Shown here: positions 60,501-64,000 of the stretch, piece by piece | How positions within the stretch are numbered: the first letter of the stretch is position 1 | How the letters are laid out: each line of letters opens with the position of its first letter | Virus record (IMG/VR): IMGVR_UViG_3300019371_000256 | Span: 8,224-72,223 of that record | Strand: one strand, 5' to 3' | Source of the DNA: a virus | Taxonomy: Duplodnaviria; Caudoviricetes | DNA length: 64,000 nucleotides | Translations under genes and position numbers: made by a program | The notes under the pieces: generated by a model | What the model was told of the DNA's origin: nothing | What the model saw: only the letters and a program-made list of their open reading frames with translations | Database searches by the model: none

Positions 60501-60785
60501 AAAGCGTATGGCGATACAGGTGATAGAGATCTTGAAAAAACGTTCTTGATTGATATTTGTAATTTTTCGAAGGGATTTGATTATATTTCGAATGAGTTAT
60601 GTGATTTATTCATTGAGTCTTTGAAGAAACAAATTAATATTACAAATACAAAAAAAGCAGAATGTATGATTAAAATAAACAGAGAATTTATAGCAGAATA
60701 TTTGGATGCAAAATACAAGTTTGAATCTAAATATAATAATGTAAAATTTGAGACACTAATCAAGGCATATATTGATGCAAAATAA
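57537..60785 (+). CDS. Trypsin-like serine protease fused to a dynamin-like P-loop GTPase
   Basis: Triad FTNKH / EDIAV / GFSGSP; G1 GASGAGKS, G2 QTTR, G3 DTYG, G4-like FTGLD; long helical regions. Confidence 0.8.
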   Translation: MDINQNIVRIRTAMQMGTGIIYPCEPRNGNLGEHNYIIFTNKHLVSDIPLSRSERNGEDLLKYFQFDIYDKEGRKLEISSGQMDKDKISAELFYTSLKNEKLEEVSPNMNCVEDIAVILLSFHRDIDLDLETRLLWGGEEIDSICMEGFPEVLSDNDISSKLLVKGIYKPVFPSNSRIGVFQITDDYHWYNNYKDYRLFQGFSGSPIFQKLHDRGVRLLGMNQSVLNIENGENPFKLMYYYKMPFILEYLREQGCILFSREKDESVKIRWIAEDNSNGDAITVNQPAGGKTTELTLLLLGASGAGKSSFVKSFLLHSKYIDSTNDGQTTRSSVIYDISKYQEKPIAKIKFLNQKKFVQCMKFLNYHNYLYQLCLSAFGEQKEKSLEGYLRYFCYDYSVQFTKDNPELESKIKECNTKINNLFYEKVKKLNREDMEYRYYIDNLEKLCEEILQLKFSENKHWNGSFVFSQTEFFKTLEEQEKLKSRFFKMLDSVEGFFDKSEFAFLNDIKDAGHSAESDSLYRELELEENQGLLDLSKSIQGYFEEYYKKMHREIIKKIIAKYLMKSKSYEVELQLDELFEQKILLTYALQKKGNFSLTGMVDSVTISDSISNEYAFIFDDLKIDKLKMIDTYGLDHADWNADKKSVLSNMVYNLNEEDILKFDSNLAVVYVKKLDSGNPTELHNIIPAVFELIPMAPIYCVFTGLDIFVGSDINKFKSVEHYFRNNREPKNYGYIESVVFEEEIKNIFSKKNAEYVDSLYSTMKNNLIAICSDENTVKSYFNLYANNRDEVYKLLTSISMNEYSNMVIIPEDVIAEIDLNKNAIKNFLGNVFEIANVDWTRIHWKTAQANFTRISGQSELGYWGTFPHQWNQLFHMGYTSTVINSKGDILGISKKLKKEVASALDSCIRDMEYLFLGDPKSLSGFKDGDSKFRKLLEKMYDLGYKSGTYKINPFDLYEKKELLGKMKSKGERDIEKQRIKEEQEERLKKAYGDTGDRDLEKTFLIDICNFSKGFDYISNELCDLFIESLKKQINITNTKKAECMIKINREFIAEYLDAKYKFESKYNNVKFETLIKAYIDAK

Positions 60786-60794
60786 AGATCAAAA

Positions 60795-61189
60795 GTAAGC
60801 GCAACATAATCTACCGTCGTGCTAATTGATTTTTTTTGCTGTAAAATAAGGACAGTTGTAGTAATTCACTCTAAGTTCTGTTCTTGAACAACAAAGGTTG
60901 TAGCATTTCATTGCTATTTCACTTCAAACTTTTGTATCATTTTACTCCATATTTTCTTGGAGGATTTTAAAATATGACAAAAGCTCAAAAAGATGAATAC
61001 TGGATGGATTGCATCCAGCAGTGCCGCGTAAGTGGCTTATCTGATTACGCCTGGTGCAGTCAGAATGGGATACCTACCAGCTCTTTCTATTACAACATAA
61101 AGCGGCTGAGGAAGAAAGCATCTATGATTCCTGAAGTCATCAGCGTCATTAGTGAATTTGAACGGCTCAATGAGTATCTCGCCCTCTGA
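60795..61189 (+). mobile_element. tnpA: IS66-family left-end remnant with truncated tnpA (60974-61189)
   Basis: GTAAGCGC terminus at 60795; WMDCIQQCRVSGLSDYAWCSQNGI..SSFYY; 3' end replaced by unrelated sequence. Confidence 0.75.
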
Positions 61190-61334
61190 AGAAACGGCAG
61201 CGGCGAAATTCAGGTAATAGATAGAATTAGAGCGTATTATCAGAAGTATTTGGAATTGTTTTATCGTAAGTAAATAGGAACTATTAAACTGAATGAAATA
61301 TAATATATGAAATTTTAATAAAGGAGGAATTAGA

Positions 61335-62597
61335 ATGTTAATTGAATGTGAGAATTTGAGCTTTAAAGAATATAGTGAATCTGGTTATAAGATGACGGAA
61401 GAAGAAATTGATAAGAAATATCAAGATGGGGAATTAAGAATAATAACGGAGCAGGGAAGGTATCCATTACAGAACATAATAGATATTTTAAGTAAAAATA
61501 TTCAATTTAATCCAGAATATCAGAGAAGGAGAGTTTGGACAAATGTTCAAAAATCAAGACTGATTGAGTCTTTTATAATTAACGTACCAATTCCACCAGT
61601 TTTTTTATATGAAATAGATTATTCTAAATATGAAGTGATGGATGGTTTGCAAAGATTGTCGACAGTATATGATTATTATACTGATAAATTTAAACTTGAG
61701 GGATTGGAAATTTGGAAAGAGTTAAATGGTATGACGTATAGTCAATTGCCTAATAAGGTTAAAAGTGGTATTGACAGAAGATATATTTCTACAATAGTTA
61801 TTTTAAAAGAAACTGCTAAAAATTCAGAAGAAGAGCAGATTCTAAAAAAGTTTGTTTTTGAGAGATTGAATACGGGGGGAACTAAACTAACGGATCAGGA
61901 AACAAGAAATGCATTATATAATGGACCAATGAATCAATTGTGTATGAAAATAGCAGATGAGTGTTCGGATTTGCATAAACTTTGGAACATAGCTCCTTTT
62001 AAGCCAGCAGATTTAATAAAGCAAGCCAATTTAGAAAATGCTGAAGATGAAGATAATGGTGAAACAGATGATGAAAGTTCAAATAAGAACATAAAGACAT
62101 ATATTAGAATGGAAGATGTTGAGTTGGTATTAAGATTTTTTGCATATCGTCAATTAGAGGAAAATCCGGCAACCAAGGTTAAAGACATATTGGATTTATA
62201 TTTGAAAGAGGCTAATAAACAGTATGATGAAAATACAATTAATGAACTAGAAAAAATATATTATAAAGTATTATACTTAGCGGATAAAGTTTTTGATGTA
62301 AAAGCATTTTCTATGTATACAAAGAAGAAAAATGGAGAATATTCATGGAATAAATCGCCATCAAAACTGGTATATGATCCAATGCTAAATGCATTGTCTG
62401 ATTATATTGATAATGTTGATATGGTAAGAATTCTAGTCATTTATAAAGATGAAGTGATTAAAAAAATTGAAGAAATGTTTGTTAACAATACAAAAGATTT
62501 TAATGGGAGAAACAATAATAAAAGTGATGTTATAAGACGAAAAGCTTTTTATAAAGGAATTTTTGATTCAGTTATACAGGAGCATGCTAATGAATGA
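61335..62597 (+). CDS. DUF262 (GmrS/ParB-like) domain protein
   Basis: NPEYQRRRVW, SRLIESF, VMDGLQRLST, FERLNTGG.KLT.QE.RNA. Confidence 0.9.
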   Translation: MLIECENLSFKEYSESGYKMTEEEIDKKYQDGELRIITEQGRYPLQNIIDILSKNIQFNPEYQRRRVWTNVQKSRLIESFIINVPIPPVFLYEIDYSKYEVMDGLQRLSTVYDYYTDKFKLEGLEIWKELNGMTYSQLPNKVKSGIDRRYISTIVILKETAKNSEEEQILKKFVFERLNTGGTKLTDQETRNALYNGPMNQLCMKIADECSDLHKLWNIAPFKPADLIKQANLENAEDEDNGETDDESSNKNIKTYIRMEDVELVLRFFAYRQLEENPATKVKDILDLYLKEANKQYDENTINELEKIYYKVLYLADKVFDVKAFSMYTKKKNGEYSWNKSPSKLVYDPMLNALSDYIDNVDMVRILVIYKDEVIKKIEEMFVNNTKDFNGRNNNKSDVIRRKAFYKGIFDSVIQEHANE

Positions 62598-63549
62598 TAT
62601 TATTGAGTTGAGAGACGAATTTCTGAAACAGATAAACAAACTTTTGAACTATGTGAAATTACTTAATGATGATGAGAAAGCATACTACAGAAATAATCAA
62701 GAAATTTTATACGTTGGGATAATAAATAGGTCATATAGTTTGTGGGAAACATTTAATAAAGACTTACTATATGCATATTACCTTTTGATGAAAGATACTT
62801 TAATTAGAGAGGGGAATTTAGTTCAAAGGCTTAAACTGTATGAATTACCTGGATATATATTTGAAGATGGAACTTATGATAATATCAAAAACTCTATAAA
62901 CTTTGAACTGAAGAAGGATTTTATCACATATACAGGTAAAAATATGGATACATCTCAATTGAAGTCGTTATACGGAAGGTTTGACATAAAAATTGATAAT
63001 AAATTAGCCAATAGCAAGGTTATTAGAGAATTTCTAACTGATAAGGAAAGTTTATTCCAAATAAATGATATAAATAAAAGCCATGTAGATCAGGCATTGA
63101 GCAGATTAATTCAAGAGAGAAATATAGTTTCGCATTATTCAACAATAGATGACTATCAAAATCTCGAGACAGTAAAAATATGGATTGAATTTTATCAAGT
63201 TGTTGCAAAGGAATTGAGTAAAATTGTATGCTGTAATTATTTAAATACTGTTTGTACTAATGCAGAACAACTGGGTAAATATGTAGGATTTTACAAGAAA
63301 AAAAATTTACTTTTAATTGATGTCAACAGTGATATAGCAGTAACAAATAATTCATATATCGGCTTAGCTAATCAGGATACATTAGAACAAGTATTAATAC
63401 CTGTTAGTTTTATGGTTAATGATAATTGTGTTGAGCAGGTAACGAAAAACGATAAAGCAGGTATACAGTTATTATCGATTTTTGATAATGAGTGGAACAT
63501 TAAGCCTACAAGTAACTTAATTGTATTGGATAAAGAATTGTTTCGATAA
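62590..63549 (+). CDS. HEPN protein (MAE_28990-like) with a C-terminal extension
   Basis: YSLWETF, LIQERNIVSH (RxxxxH); overlaps the DUF262 stop. Confidence 0.75.
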   Translation: MNDIIELRDEFLKQINKLLNYVKLLNDDEKAYYRNNQEILYVGIINRSYSLWETFNKDLLYAYYLLMKDTLIREGNLVQRLKLYELPGYIFEDGTYDNIKNSINFELKKDFITYTGKNMDTSQLKSLYGRFDIKIDNKLANSKVIREFLTDKESLFQINDINKSHVDQALSRLIQERNIVSHYSTIDDYQNLETVKIWIEFYQVVAKELSKIVCCNYLNTVCTNAEQLGKYVGFYKKKNLLLIDVNSDIAVTNNSYIGLANQDTLEQVLIPVSFMVNDNCVEQVTKNDKAGIQLLSIFDNEWNIKPTSNLIVLDKELFR

Positions 63550-63641
63550 TAATAAGGTGAAAATAATACATAAACTTATAGTTTAAAATGAGGATGCTAG
63601 ATAATACGTGATACCACCATGATACACAAAGCTGATTATAC

Positions 63642-63940
63642 GTAAATGGTAAATAACTAGTCCAGGTCAATAAGTTCGCCGCCCGATTGGGGCGGCGGTA
63701 AATTTACTGAATTTTTAGTTTTCTACAACGATCTGGCAATTTCTTTGACCAAGGCATTAATTCTGCCAATTTGTTTTCTGGAACATTACTTCTTGGATAG
63801 TGCATTAACTGCTCTAGCAGATATAAAAAATATTCATACGGTTTAAGATTATTCGCTTTTGCTGTTTCAGCAATACTATATAAGGCAGCGCTAGCCGCTG
63901 TACCGTTCTTCAAATCCATGATGTGCCAGTTGTGTTTACC
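63642..63940 (-). mobile_element. tnpC: IS66-family right-end remnant with tnpC C-terminal fragment
   Basis: GKHNW...ASAALYSIAETAKANNLKPYEYF...ELMPW; GTAA terminus at 63642. Confidence 0.8.
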
Positions 63941-64000
63941 GTAAGCGCTTAATAAAATAATGCCTTCAAAATTAAAAACAGGATCAGTTATAATAACCAT
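63941..64000 (+). mobile_element. Probable terminus of another IS66-like element interrupting tnpC
   Basis: GTAAGCGC at 63941, exactly where tnpC similarity stops; same 8-mer as at 60795. Confidence 0.5.

Larger units (their letters stand above)
46485..64000. mobile_element. Defence island / degraded integrative element adjacent to the prophage
   Basis: Low GC, R-M and defence-type genes, several pseudogenes, IS66 remnants; right end not seen. Confidence 0.55.

Noticed and set aside
61130-61260. GC-rich stretch replacing the 3' end of IS66 tnpA
   Set aside because: Looks like a deletion junction with an unidentified fragment; no family could be supported
1-64000. tRNA, rRNA, riboswitch or CRISPR array
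   Set aside because: No recognisable cloverleaf, rRNA or repeat-spacer pattern by eye; a covariance-model scan would be needed to exclude small RNAs

Overview
About 46 kb (1 to ~46.5k) is the right-hand part of a temperate contractile-tailed prophage of a low-GC Firmicute; the gene content looks Lachnospiraceae/Clostridia-like. It has late-early genes, a ParB/C5-methyltransferase pair, terminase, portal, a PBSX/skin-like (Xkd-type) head, sheath, tube and baseplate, a tail fibre and a lysis module. It carries many accessory or defence genes: FRG, PARIS-like AriA/AriB, a full-length DSR2-like sirtuin, DUF4062, HEPN, a secreted DNase, an Abi-alpha-like gene and AbiH. Beyond a probable guaA-type att core at ~46.47k lies a partly decayed defence island: type I R-M with an in-frame stop in hsdR, an interrupted nuclease/HEPN gene, an MBL hydrolase plus a trypsin-protease/dynamin-like GTPase fusion, DUF262 plus HEPN, and IS66 remnants. 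The three most notable observations are: (1) a split tail-fibre shufflon with four 13-bp AARTAGTGATTTA crossover sites, three silent C-terminal cassettes and a tyrosine recombinase, whose invertible span encloses the lysis module; (2) accessory-gene cassettes whose promoter is a co-varying inverted repeat of their own terminator; (3) an Avs1-like MBL + protease system in which a dynamin-like GTPase replaces the STAND ATPase. No rRNA, tRNA or CRISPR array was recognised. All family calls come from motif recognition by eye, not from database searches.
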